From positions 680,156 through 744,155 of the forward strand of contig JAAOMT010000523.1 of assembly GCA_016748015.1 (NCBI GenBank): a DNA stretch of 64,000 bases. The letters are read 5' to 3'. Both the position numbers and the translations under genes were made by a program. The notes under the pieces are model-generated. The model made no database searches. It worked only from the letters and a program-made list of their open reading frames with translations, and was not told where the DNA came from. Every line of letters starts with the position of its first letter. Positions within the stretch are counted from its first letter, which is position 1. The stretch is from Geosiphon pyriformis uo1. Lineage: Eukaryota > Fungi > Glomeromycota. This document shows positions 28,027 through 41,175 of this stretch, one piece after another.

Positions 28027-30127
28027 TCATTTAATTCGATGTCTTTTGGTATCTTCACCAGCAATTTTTTCCTCTTGTCTCTTATTTTTCCAGGTTTGCA
28101 ATTTATCTATTGCCCTTTGGAGAATTTTTTTCTCACTAAGGCGGAGAATAACCGCGTTTAAGAAACGCCTCTGGGTCCCCTTTCTAGCAAGAATATCTTC
28201 GTCCTCCTATCAATAAAGGGTTAGCCCACATAAAAAAAATGAAATGAGCAGAAAAAACCCACCTGTATCGTTGAATTGTATTCCAGCAAACGAGTTTGGA
28301 ACAACTTGATTAAGGGTTCTCGAATCTCGGAGGATATTGTTGGTTTGGGCATTTTTCCAATCCTTTTAAGAGCCTTCAATTCTGTTTTATCCAATATCAT
28401 GACTTTGGCTACATTCATTTTAGGAAGGGTGTATAGTCGAGATTTGTAAATGGGATAGTAATTTAAGCTCTCTTAGGAGAAGAAAGCTTACCTGTAATTA
28501 TCAACTCTGGGGGTATTTCACCACTAGTATCCAAAACAAAAATGCTCAAATAGAATCGTTTTCGATTAATCATTTCTGAATTTAAAAAATGCTAAGGTTC
28601 AATTAAACTGATTTTGCTCTGATACTTACTCGTCTAAAATTTCATCTTCAAGTAACATATCAATCTATTTATACAATATATACGAGTTTAATTCAATTAC
28701 TTAAAAGTTTTCAAGAAAATCTTTAACCTATACCTTGGTATTTTTAGTGACATCATCGGTCGATAATATGTCAACTGCGAGTTGGCCATTAATTTCAACA
28801 ATATCATGAATGTTATCCTTTTCTATATATCCATATTTACGCAAAAGATCTGCAATATTATGAACATGAATGAGCAATCAAAGTAGTTTCCGAGATAGAA
28901 GAAACCTTGAACTAAAATTCTTACCCGCAGAACACAATTCACCATAAGTATTGTACTAAATAGACCAGTAATGAGTAGCGTAAAAATCTTTAAAATTGTG
29001 TTATTCTATTTCAAGTAAAAAACTCACAATTTGCTCATCTCTTGCAATGTTCTTAATAGCCACCATTTGAAATGATTCAACTCTACTGAATAGTCTAGCC
29101 TGAATTGAAAATTTTTTAGAGGAGCAACATTAAATAATAGAGAATTCTGTGTATGTTCAGAAAACTAACATTATTATAGCCAGTTCGATGGTTCAACATG
29201 TCAGCCATGGGAATCATAGTCACTTCTTCCATGGGTTCTTCGTCAATTTCAAAAGCACCTTCTTCTAGTTCATCTACAGAAAACTGCAAATCTTTCTTGT
29301 CATTGTGAAAAGCATTTGCCATGATGAGTGAGCCCACTTGATGGAATAGTTCAATAGTGTAAATACTGGGATCGAAAATCTCTAAATTATCCTAATATTT
29401 CATAGGTTAAAATGAAATAAAAATGAATACATTAAATTTTCAATATATACGTTGATTATCGGTAATAAATGTTCTCGAAATGCGGCTTCAGCCTCTTCTT
29501 TTCCGATCTTGCCTTTTGAGCACAAAATAATTAGGAATATAAAAGTAAAAAGAGTAATATTTAAGATCTAATATAAGTCAAACGTAAATTTTGCAGGGTT
29601 TCAAAAATTACCTATCACACTGGTACCCTTTAACTCCTTCAATTCGTCAGCACTCCAAAACATTGGGGTATCAAACTCCTTTTGCAAAATGTTGAAATAA
29701 GGAACCCACAAGGAATCCTGCTTTTTGCTCTCATACATTATGCAAAGTATTAATGGAAACCATGGGTTAATTTTCCTTAAGCGGGAAAAGGTTTCGAGAG
29801 ACAGTAAAGAATTGAGAGAAGAGGTGTCGGGGGAGAGAAGTATACAACGAGGTATGGTGAATAATACTTCGTCTTTCTAAAATTAAGTTATTAATTGCAA
29901 AAGGAATAAGGGAATTATTGTTTAAAGAGCTTAACTGTGAATTCAAGATACATAGAAAACTTTACTTCAATTTCCTTCAAAGCGACAACCCCACGACCGG
30001 CAAATTCACTAGAATAGTCTTTGAAACTTAGTTTTGCTGAAATGAACCCTCCATTTTGGAGGAACCACTTAAGAAAGTTTTCATTAGTCTGGTTAAATAA
30101 TGAATTAGCTTCAGGGCAATTAGACAT
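28027..30127 (-). CDS. SET-domain N-lysine methyltransferase, RKM4/SETD6-like, multi-exon
   Basis: AGRGVVA, WVPYFNIL, TPMFW, MIPMADMLNH, YNTYGE..SADLLRKYGY; Rubisco-LSMT-type C-terminal region. Confidence 0.88.
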
Positions 30128-30238
30128 ATTATGTGAGGGTTAGATTTCGAAGGTTCAAGTCCAAATTAAATTTATTATCCGATAAATTGATTGATCATAA
30201 GATTACAGATACATCAAATTAAAAGCATATGTAGTCAA

Positions 30239-31880
30239 TTATTCGGTTTTTCTTTCATCGAGATCCTCTCGTTTATTTACCCATGTTTTCATGCATTCGT
30301 CAAGCCCAGAAAACTGATATTTAAATTTTTTTTGAATTTAGTCAATTAACGAAAACAAATTATAAATTAAAATAATTTAATAAACTTACTTTACGCATTA
30401 AATCAATCATAAACCCGGGCAAAAATCTTATAATAGGCAAAAGGTTGACATAATAAGGAATCAAAATATCGTCGCCTTCGTTCTTGTCAAGAGCAGTGAT
30501 GATTGCCTTAACAACATCAAGTGGTGCCAACTGAGGGGTAAAAAAGGGGGATGATACTTCAACACCGGCAAACAGTTCTGTTCCAACTTTTCCAGGACAG
30601 ACTAAGGTTGTTCTGACTTTCTTGGCATTGTATCTGTAGAAATTTTAAACGATTAATTGACATGAAAAATTGGAAATCTGAGAAATTTATCGTCAAAAAA
30701 ATTACCGCGAATGCAATTCAAATCGAAGCGATTCGTGAAAACCAAGTAAACCAGCCTTTGAAGCAGAGTAATCGGCTATTTTATTATTGTATGGAGAAAT
30801 ATAATTATGATAATAGTCATAATTAATACGGCGTTTTCTTTCTAAACAAATATTTCTCATCTGTACCTGCTTGGGAGACTCCCGTATAAGCAATTGCCGA
30901 AGATATGGTAACCTGTGATTAACATATAAAGATCAGTAAATGAAATAAATCAATTAATTTAGTGGAACAATTAGAAATTTACGATATGCCCGTGATTGTT
31001 TTTCACCATATCCGGTAAAAACACTTTAGTAGTCCAAAACGAGGATAATAGATTAACCCCGATAGTCCTAAACATTTTTTTTTTTAAGAATAAGTCATAA
31101 TGAAAAAGTCCCAAAATTCACAAAAGCTAATCATCAAGTTGGAAAATTAAAATGAAGGAGATGCGCGCTTACTTTGATATTTCTTCGTGAGATTCATCCA
31201 GTATAGTTTTGCCTCTTATAATCCCTGCATTGTTAATTACAATGGTGGGGTGACCAACCTGTAATAAAATGATTTTTTATAATGGAAAATTACCAATGGT
31301 CAAAATTATTTATTAAAAATCTTACGTCTATTAATATCTGCTTAGCAACTCGTTCAACTTCTTCAAACCTTGAGACATCACACTTATAATAAGCCACGTT
31401 ACCTTAATTTCAGAAAAACTATTAAATTATCTAATTCATGGATACCACACAAAGAAAATTAAATACCATTTTCTACTTCAGGAGGGGCAAGATCTAAAAT
31501 TATAACGGAAACATTTCTTAAGGCTATCGTTTCTACCAACAACCCTCCAATTCCTCGTGAACCTAAAGGATAATTTGTAAAAATTCTTGAAAAGACAAAA
31601 AGTGAAATCAAGCTAAATCACCCCCAGTCACCACGACTATTTCATTATCCCAATCAGTTCGATCAGAAGTCCATCCGTTTCGCAACTTTCTTGACATAAA
31701 TGCCGCGCCCCAAAAGGTACATACAAAAAAAACATAGATGCAACCCGATAGAAAAACGGGGTCAAAGAAGTCATATCCTTGGACGTACAAAAAGGGTAAA
31801 AAAATAAGAGCAAAGTAAGGATGAAACAAAGATAGAAATAGTATTCGAAGGAAAAAATCAATATTGAAGCCTGAGATCAT
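30239..31880 (-). CDS. Membrane-anchored short-chain dehydrogenase/reductase (RDH10/17beta-HSD11-like), multi-exon
   Basis: N-terminal hydrophobic segments, [31 protein letters not shown]. Confidence 0.9.
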
Positions 31881-32380
31881 TTTTTGGACAAAATTTGAAC
31901 AGAGATGAAGTAGAAAACGATTCAAGGAAAAAACTTAAATTAAGGTTTCCAGGAAAGTTTAAAAAATAGTTTTTATGTTTCACGCGTTCTTAGATCTATT
32001 TACCCGATCCATCGAAATGAATTTTAGTTTTTTTTCCTTTTGTGAAAAAGAGAATGGTTTTGCTTTGATAATATTCAAATTAATTTGTTGAAGTTACAAA
32101 ATTAGCTTTCTCAATAATAGATACCGAATACCCAATTGTTTGTCATCAGTTAAGGCTTAGAATCCTCTTCTTTACGGCTAATAAAAGAAACCAAGAATAG
32201 AAGAGTTCGAGATGCATACCAAAATAGAAATCTGTACGTAAAGCTTTAAGTCTCAAAAAAAACCCCTTCAAAGATTCAACCAGTTTTATCCAGAAACAAT
32301 AAATGTTTTTTTCACCTGAATAAAATCATGATCTTGCTAACTTCAAGACAATAACCTTCACTTGATGATTTTAATTCCTT

Positions 32381-33018
32381 TCATGTTGATTTTTCCTCCT
32401 CAATTTTTTCTTCAGAAGGCTGTGGTTCAACGGGGTCCATAATATTTAACAAAAATTCAACGACTTTTTCGTGATTATTTTGTTGAGCTTCGAACATTGC
32501 CGTCCTTCCGCTTCTATTTTTTATCTAAGGATAATGATAAAAAATTCATTTAAATTTCAAAAGCAACGGATACCAATTTTGGGAGTTCTAGATTAATTAT
32601 CACCTTGATATCAGCTCCATGTTTTACCAATGTCTCAACAACTTTTTGATGTCCATTTAAAGCACTCCAATGCAAAGGTGTATTTCCTGAATCATTTTGT
32701 ATATTAACGGCAGATATATCGGTTGATTTTGTCATTTCTATTATAAAGTCTACAATATCTATTAAATTTATTAAAACTATTAGATTATCTTCAATCATTT
32801 TTGAACAAAAGTTTTAGTAAATTTTAACCTATATGTCCATTTGCACTAGCCATATGCAAAGCTGTATTCCCAGAAGAATCTTTTGTTATTAAATAAGTAG
32901 TTGAATTTGAACTGATGGTTTCTTTAATCTCCTCAAATTCTCCATAACGAGCACACGCTATCAGTTCATACACAATTTCTTGAGCTTCAGCTGAAAGAGT
33001 TTGTGAGGAAACTGGCAT
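32381..33018 (-). CDS. YAR1: Ankyrin-repeat protein, Yar1-like (Rps3 chaperone), 3 exons
   Basis: CARYGE, GNTALHMASANGH, NDSGNTPLHWSALNGH, acidic tail. Confidence 0.78.
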
Positions 33019-33149
33019 CTTCAGATCAATTTTCTTTCGGATTTCCAAATTTCCTATTTTTGGGTGATTTTGGCATGTGATCAGATTTTTACAAGAATTA
33101 AACTAATAAGGCCTGTGCTTTTAGAAATTTTAATTTCAATCTCTTTGCT

Positions 33150-34812
33150 ATGGGTCATTCCACGGAGATAGTAGGCCAAGTAACTGCTACAGAACAAGAA
33201 TCTACCTCAGAAAAAAAGCAAAATGCAAAAACGGCTGCAAGTATAGGTGCTCCTGCAGCTATTGCAAGGTCAATAGTTTTACAAGGGCTTGCCCTCTGGT
33301 ACAGGACTCCAATAAAGGTAAGCCCAAAAGATCAGTTTCTTTGGAGGCCCTTTCTTTTTATGTAACCTATAAATTCTACTTTTTTGAAAGCTTTTCCGCC
33401 CGCTTAGAGTAGATTATTTAGTCATGGCACGAGCTATCCTTCCTGTGGAAAATCAGAAACGTCACTGGTTTCGTTCTACTAGTTTGGGAATGTTATCACA
33501 CGCAGTTGAACTTCACGGTGTAAGTAACTGGAATATTAATTCAAGATCTTGTTTTTACTTTGTGCTTTCACAATCACAATTAAAATTCCTCAATTTCGAT
33601 TAATGATTTGCTATTTCATCTTTACAGTTCGATTTTATAAGGTACTCTATGCATGTCTTTACTAATGTGTTAACATTTCCGTGAATTCAAACTTGATAAT
33701 TTTTATTTTATTTTTTTGCCTTTTAGACGTAATGTCATGCCACCTTTAATCGCGAACTCTGTGATTGGGGCGGTAAGATGGTGCCTCCAACAATTATTCC
33801 TTGAATGCTGTATGGATAAAATCTTTTTACGAATAAAACAAGTACTTCTCTTTTGATCAAATAATCACATCTATTCATATTTAAATTTTCTCATTAAATT
33901 ACAGGTTCTATATACTGTATACATTTCCTCCCTTGAAAGATGTCATAATCCTACGAGTCTCTTGTCCCATCATCCTTCTTTCACCCCTCCACCATTTTCA
34001 TTGGTATTTCTTTCGGGCTCAATTGCAGGTGCTGCACAATCTTTAATTGCCACACCAATGGACTCGCTCAAAGTACGATTTGAGGTTAATGATTTATTAG
34101 AAGGTAAACATCGAAGTATGTTCGGTTATGCTATGAACACATGGAAAGAGCTGGGAATATCCAGTATATATCGAGGTTTTGGTTTAACCCTTGTCAAGGT
34201 ATTAGGTATTTCTATTAGAGTTCTTTTAAGATTGTTTGATCCATAAATAATTCTTATTCATCCATAAATCAGGATTCGTTCTCATGTGGCCTTTTCTTTG
34301 GAGTTTTTGAATATGTAAAACATCAATGCTATCGCTCTTTCATTAATGAAATCTACAACTACCAATCTAAAGAAGTAACAAGTTCTCAAAGTGATCTATC
34401 ATCATTATTAACAAATAAGCCTCACTTTATGCTGGAACCAGCTTTCGTTTTGGCTGCTGGTGGCTTGGCTGCTATCTCGTATCACCTTATTGATTACCCA
34501 TTAGACAGAGTACGGAATGTTTTTCTCATCGAGGAAGCTCAAGCCGAGTATCAGCACGAGAAAGGGTCAAGGCTCTACAAAGCTACATGGGATCATTGCA
34601 GATTAATGGCGTCGCGAACAAGTTGGGCCCATTTTTTGTACAGTGACTTTGGGGCGACAGTATTGCGTGCAGTACCAGCTACTAGTATTGGATTTTTGGT
34701 CTTTGAATTGATGAAACGAAATTTAGATCGTAAATATTATGGGAATCAAGAGGGTGATGAAAATAAGGGAAGATTTTCTTCATGGTGGCCCAGTGATCGA
34801 TTGCCTGGGTGA
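33150..34812 (+). CDS. Mitochondrial carrier family protein (fungal type), multi-exon with a 14-nt microexon at 33628-33641
   Basis: Carrier signatures PMDSLKVR and YPLDRVR; spliced ..HG|FDFIR|RNVMPPLIANSVIGA|VLYTVY.. Confidence 0.85.
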
Positions 34813-35549
34813 AAACCAGAGATTTTACCCCAAATTTTATATTTAAAAATTCAATATCCCTACTCCTTTACTTAGGATCAAACCAGAAGATTTAAGACTT
34901 TAAGAGTAAAAATATTACTTTCATTATCATTATTATAGACTTTGTAAATGTAACTATCATAGATAATTTCGGCTGGTTTGTTCCAGATCATCCATTTTCA
35001 AGGAAAACAGGTGAATATTTCTTTGTTTGAATTAGTCCTTTAGATTCTAGATATAATGCACAAATCAGGTAACTGATTCATTATGTTGAAATCGAAATAT
35101 TTTCTTTCAAGTTTGAATAAGAAAACGAAAAATTAACTGTCATTTAAAATACAAAATTTATAAATTTATTTAAATAAAATTAATAAAATTATAAATTATA
35201 TATAACAAATTAACATTCATATTTGTGTAAAAAATAATGATTGTGTTTTTATTTCTTATAATAATTTTATTTAACATCAAAAAATCACAAAATTCTATTA
35301 TATGAACTTTTTATTTTACTAACCATTTTATAAATTTCAATGTTTTCAAAATAATATTGTGGAATTTTTTATTTTTGTCGTTTGAATTAATAAAAGAATG
35401 AACTATTATTACCAATTTTTTATACTGGAAATTTGAGGTTCAAAATTCCTTTTATGAATATCAATCAGATGATAAGTACCGCTGACGCAATGCCTCTCAA
35501 ATTTGATATATAAGGCCATTCAGTTATCACTCTTGTAACTCTGACATTC

Positions 35550-35720
35550 AAACACTAAACAGCACCACAGACAGTAGAGATTTCTCGCGTAATGCGATCG
35601 ATTTATCTCTGGTTCGTGGAGTGTTTTATTGCTGAGAGGAGTATTCTTACCAACCCATTTTAATCACGACACTAGAAAATGCTTCCACCAAAGATGTCGT
35701 TTCATGCTATGGGTACATTC
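35550..35720 (+). ncRNA. Box H/ACA snoRNA, predicted guide for LSU rRNA pseudouridine at the yeast 25S U2314 equivalent (snR86 target); 5' end approximate
   Basis: H box AGAGGA 35635-40; stems ACCCAT/ATGGGT and ACGACA/TGTCGT; ACA at 35715-17, 14 nt after the upper stem; guides TTAATC + TTCATGC pair with rRNA GCAUGAA-UG-GAUUAA; TATATAAG at 35507. Confidence 0.85.
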
Positions 35721-35949
35721 TTTATAAGTTCCTTTGGAAAACATTTAATATGTGAAAAATTTTAATTTCTCAAATGTATTAACAATTAACAAAACAACAT
35801 ATATGAAAATGTTAGATGTTATTTTGGCTTTTTTCGCGAAATAGCTTTTAGAAGAGTGAATTATTAATCCAAAAAAGTCAAATTAACTAAAAAAAGTTGA
35901 GGCAAGGCTCTGAATTGATCCCATCGAATGGAGAGAGATCTTATGCTCA

Positions 35950-37416
35950 TTGGACCATCTTTCTATAAATCCAGCTGAAATTTTTCAATTATTTCTGGCC
36001 TTCATAAAAATGCATGGTTTTTTGCAGACCAGAATATTTTCGACTTGCTGTATACGCTCGGCAACCAGTACTCTTTTTTCCCTTAAATTAAAACCCTCTA
36101 TAATACGAGATCACAAGTCAAAATTCGGCGAGCTTTTTCGAGGCTACTGTTTACTCCTGCCCCTTAAACGATATTTACCACCGAAAACGCACCTTTTGAA
36201 TTCTCATCAAAAGTCTACAATTCATACATATAGTCGCAAAGGAAGACTTCTCCCTCCTCTACCGACTGTTACTCCCGTTTTTAAGCAGGGTTTCACTATT
36301 TTCTTCCGAGGTCTCAAACATGTTTTAATAGGCTCTATAGCATTTTTAACTTTATTGTTCATAGTATCGCGTGGCGTTCACCTCTATATTGAGCATTTTT
36401 ATTACTCTACTCCTTCCTCAATTCCTTCAAAAGCGCGTGATTTCCTTCGTGCAGCCTATATTTTTGAAGAATGGTATCCAAACCTGGAAAACGCCCAGAA
36501 AATCCTTTACGATGCTTTTATAATTATTCAAAAAGAAAAAGAATTACCTCCAACTGATCCAATAGTGTTGGATATTTTGCTCCGAATCGCAAATAATGCC
36601 ATGAGGCTTGGAAACCTTCGAGAAGCAAATTTAGATTATAAACGCATTTTTGATGTCTTAATTTATCAAGATGATGAGGTGAACAGGAAAAAAGCGATAG
36701 ATGTTGCGAAAAAAGCCGCGAAAATCTCTGTTAAAGTCAAAGATTTTCGATTGGCAGAGGATTATTTGATATGGACGATTGAAACATTGAACAAAGAACT
36801 TCACACTAACAAAAACTTATCATATAGTGGGAATAATATTGAATCCCAAGTTTTCAAAAGGACTACATCTCAAGACTCCTTTATTAATTTGCAATCAAAG
36901 ATGAGCATGGATCTAATTCAATGTACAGTAATGCTTGCTGGAGTTTATGCTACACAAAAGCAGTTCGATAAAGCACTCCCTTTATACTTAGGCTCTCTTA
37001 AGATGCTAGTAGAAAGAAAGGCTACAGAAAAAGATCCTGAAAAGAAGGATTTATCAAAAGAATTGACAGATTCTGATAGTTTTCATCATTGCGGAGATGC
37101 AATCATAATGGGGCATTTAGGAGAAATCTTTTATGCCATGGGAAAAGTAGAAGAAGCTATGGGTTGGTTTCAAAAAGGATTTTTGATTGCAAAACGCGGG
37201 AGTGGTATAAGAAATTGCGATGAATGTGCAGGTGTTATACTTAATAATCTTGGGCTGATAAATGAAAAGAAAGGATTATTGGAAGATGCTAAAGCCTTTT
37301 ATTCTCAAGCACTTTCATTTGCTGAAATCGCCGATGATGTTGAAGGTCGTGAAGAGTTTTCTACGAATTTACATCGAATACAAATCCATGACGAGGAAAA
37401 TAAAAGTTCTGAATAA
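35950..37416 (+). CDS. Intronless TPR protein, probably mitochondrial inner membrane (Mgr3/TTC19-like); likely ATG at 36010
   Basis: 488-aa ORF; basic/Ser-rich presequence-like N-terminus, one TM segment, TPR-like helices (GHLGEIFYAMG, LNNLGLI..A..FY..AL). Confidence 0.75.
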   Translation: MDHLSINPAEIFQLFLAFIKMHGFLQTRIFSTCCIRSATSTLFSLKLKPSIIRDHKSKFGELFRGYCLLLPLKRYLPPKTHLLNSHQKSTIHTYSRKGRLLPPLPTVTPVFKQGFTIFFRGLKHVLIGSIAFLTLLFIVSRGVHLYIEHFYYSTPSSIPSKARDFLRAAYIFEEWYPNLENAQKILYDAFIIIQKEKELPPTDPIVLDILLRIANNAMRLGNLREANLDYKRIFDVLIYQDDEVNRKKAIDVAKKAAKISVKVKDFRLAEDYLIWTIETLNKELHTNKNLSYSGNNIESQVFKRTTSQDSFINLQSKMSMDLIQCTVMLAGVYATQKQFDKALPLYLGSLKMLVERKATEKDPEKKDLSKELTDSDSFHHCGDAIIMGHLGEIFYAMGKVEEAMGWFQKGFLIAKRGSGIRNCDECAGVILNNLGLINEKKGLLEDAKAFYSQALSFAEIADDVEGREEFSTNLHRIQIHDEENKSSE

Positions 37417-38105
37417 TTGTGCCTTCTTCAAATCTTTTATGTTCTTAGTACTTTTGAGAGATTATCTACTACATTTACTACAGTATTAGAAGTTAGTAGT
37501 GAAATGAAACCATAACTGGTTAGCAAAATTATTAGTTACTGTGATAATAGCTCACCTTATGGTAATGTGGTAGTAACCGTATAGCTAACTGTGGCTTTAG
37601 AGAAAATCATCATTGTTTCTGTCTATCATAGCAAAAAAATTGCTACATCTGTTTAATCAATTTCAATAATGCTATAGGTAAAGACATTGATAAAACTCGA
37701 CAAATCTATTTTATCGAGATTTGAAATTAAAAATTTATTTTTGAATTTTGTTAAAAATAATATTTTTTAAACAAATTATTGCATATAAATATTCTTGCAT
37801 AAAATTAATTTACATTAAATACATTACAAAACCCAAAAATTACAGTATTTTGAAAAAAAAAACAAGTAAAAAAAGTATTGTTATATATTTTAAATTATTT
37901 AATATTAAAGCTATTTAGAAATAGTTAAATAAAAAATAATAATATATAAAACACATATATTAATTTTTTATTGTTTAATAAAATGCAATTTAACCAAAAA
38001 TATATTAAAAACAATTATATAACAAATAAATTAAAAAGCTACAAAAAATATATACAATAATAATTTATTAAATATAAAAAAACAATAAAGCCTTTAAATA
38101 TTAAA

Positions 38106-40950
38106 TTTTTTTTTTCCTTATTTTACAAGTACAGAGACAAAGCAAGTGAATTAAACTAAATGTGGCTCATGTGCTTTCTATATGTAACTGGCCACTTGAA
38201 CCAATCAAAATGGCATTACATACTTACTAGAACTTTTGCACTATTGTCCAAACCAGAAAAAAACAAACATGGCTTGTGCAAACCAAAACTAACAGCAAAA
38301 GACTTAATTATATTAAGCAAACAAATTACTCTTTCAGACAGCAAACTGGATCAACCATGCAACAAACTAGATACCATTTTCACATCACAAACTAGACCAG
38401 ATTTCTCCATTAAGGCCTTAAACTTAGATTTTAGCAATTACAACTTACTATAATGCTCATTAACCAAGTAGTAAATAAAGTCTATTATTATCAGAAAAGC
38501 CTTTTTCCTATTTTTAAAATACAATACTGTCTCTTTTACCCAATCTTTAAGAATAAAACTCTTGCACAAAACTGTGTAAATACCAACATTTGAAGCATCT
38601 AAAGAGAAAGTATAGAGCACTAAAGATAAAGCTAAAAAGCATCTTTTAATCAAGAATTTCTATAATTTAATATAATCTGAGATAATATCAAAGTACACAG
38701 AGGCATCTTTTACACAGATAAAAACATGATCAGACAGCTCTACATTATCACACATTAAGCACTGAATGCCCAGATAATTTTTGTTATAAAGCCTTTTGCG
38801 AACAGCCACTAGTAATCTCCTATGTATAACTTTCATTAAATATATGCACAAAATAGCTGACTTTTTATTAATAAACTCAGCCAACATGTGAAATCTGAAT
38901 GTTAAATTAAAACAGTACAATCTCAATTGACACATTAAATAAAAGAGCCCTCCAAGATATTAGTATCAAGACCTGTTTGTTACAATACTTAACAGACAAT
39001 TCAATAAATATCACAAACAAAATTGTGAGTATTGTCCAAAACTATTTAATCACTCACCATAAAAATTTTTTTACAAACTCCAATAGGAAGAGCTAAATAT
39101 GACTCTGCTATCATACAGACAAAAACATCAGCCTGATTATTATTCACATCTCTTAAATAATCCTTTATCTTTATCTATCTTACAGAAATGTTTTTTAATC
39201 TAATTAAATTGGCAATATAACATCTTTTACCCAATACCTATTCCAAAAGTTAAAATAACATACATTACACTTCGAAAAACATGCTTTCAAAACTGCTTGA
39301 CTATCTATGTACAAAACCATTAAGCAAGATAAAAAAATGTATTTTAGGACCAAAGCAATTGTCTGCAATTCGAACAATGTTAAAAATAACAAGCTGCCCA
39401 CTTGAACATTCACACCAATTCCAATATCAAAGAAGTATGTTACTATATCATTAGAAATCTGTGGAATTCCCAAATTTTTTAAAGAATCATTAGTGTACAC
39501 ATTAATTAATCCACTTCATACTTTATGCAATTGCTTGTGTACTTCCAAAAATTCAGTTAAGCAGAAAAAATTCAAACAATTCAAACCAATACTATTATCA
39601 ACAGACTTTATTGAAAGATTATTTATAAATGCAAACACTTTTACAAACCATAGGTAATTATTTGAAGTCTCAAATTAAATAACAAATCCATAACTTGGTA
39701 ATATTTGAAGGTTTTAGTTATCTAAAAGTTTTGATTGGAGTCTTTTGTATAATGAACAGAGATTCAAGTGTGGTTTTTTTTAGTAATGTTTTAAGTGTTA
39801 ACTCTTGAGTTAATGTGGTTTGTTGTCTTTTACTTTCTGAAATCACAATTTCATTAAATTTTTTCTCAGTGTAGTGGCCAGCAATCTCCTAGTAAGCCAT
39901 CCTCAAATCTAAGTGTCTATCTTTATTTCTGGATCTTTTACCAATGCTATATCCTGATGTCAGTAACTCAGTGCTTAATCCTTAATTAATTAGTATACAA
40001 CAATAAAAAAGAAAATAAAAAAAAAAAATAAAAGAAATAAAGAAAATAGAAAATAAGCCAAAATAATAAAATGTTAGTATTCTATTAATAGCCATGATTA
40101 AAAGCTATTGTTTTAGCAGAGTTAAGTATAAGCAGCTATTAACATGAAGTATTAATAGTCAGAGTTTGATGAATATTTCTCAATCAATAAATAGTAACAT
40201 AAATTGAATATGGATAAGTATTTTATTGATATTTTGATAATTTCACTTTAGTGAATATGAACCATTCATAAAGAGATTAATAAATAGATAGGAAAAGAGT
40301 CTAAATTAAAAGATTTTGGTCTTTGTTCTTCTTTTTCTGCTTCTAATACTCTTGCTATATATACATAATTTAGATTCTACAAAATCACTCATATTCCCAA
40401 GTAATGTGCTATAATTTCTTGAACAATACTTACATTGCTGAGCAATGTGCCCTAATTTTCTAATATTGCTCTACATTACTAAATAATGTGCCATAATTTC
40501 TGATATTGTTCCACATTGCTGAGCAATGTGCTTATGTATTAACTACTACTTTTCTATTGGTTTATCTGTTTTTTTACTATCTTTTTTTATATGTTTTCTT
40601 TATAAGTAACATTGTACACAATTTTTTTCAATGTTGAAAAGTTTTTTAATCCATAATCAAACCATATTTATTCAGTAAAACATTTCCAAAAGCAACACCA
40701 AAACACTTTAAAAAATAGACTACATCAAAATAAAAAGCATCTTCTAATATTTTGGATATTAAAGAATAGTTAGGTCTACAGAACACATTAGACAAATTAT
40801 TGGCCAAAAACATCTCAGTGTCCAAAAAATTTTTTACAACACCAGCCAAAAAGTTATTTCTTAGATCAATCTTTAATTTGACAGAAAATTGCAAAGAGTT
40901 TAGAGGTACCCACCCTAAAACTTGTAAATCTAAAGCATGGTGCTCAAACA
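38106..40950 (-). mobile_element. 5'-truncated LINE (post-RT, RNase H, CCHC) with poly(A) tail, interrupted by a solo LTR
   Basis: HHALDLQVLGW, YTNDSL..ELQTIALVL..IDSQA, CLMCDNVELSDHVFIC; T10 run at 38106-38115. Confidence 0.85.
39651..40611 (-). repeat. Solo LTR related to family C, small deletion at the left junction
   Basis: Reverse complement starts TGTTACTTATAAAG and aligns with 54006-54854, including the palindrome array. Confidence 0.85.
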
Positions 40951-41175
40951 TTAATTGTATTTACAATATTTATTTAAGATTAAATTTAAACAAAATATTT
41001 TTTTAATAATTTAACTTAAAATTATAAATTATAATATAATAAAATATTAATTATTATTTTTAAAAAAAAAAAACAAAATATATAAAAAAATTTAGTTAAA
41101 TTATTTAATTTATAATATTTTTTTAATGCTATTAACAATTATTAAATAATTATTATAAATAAATAAATAAATAAA

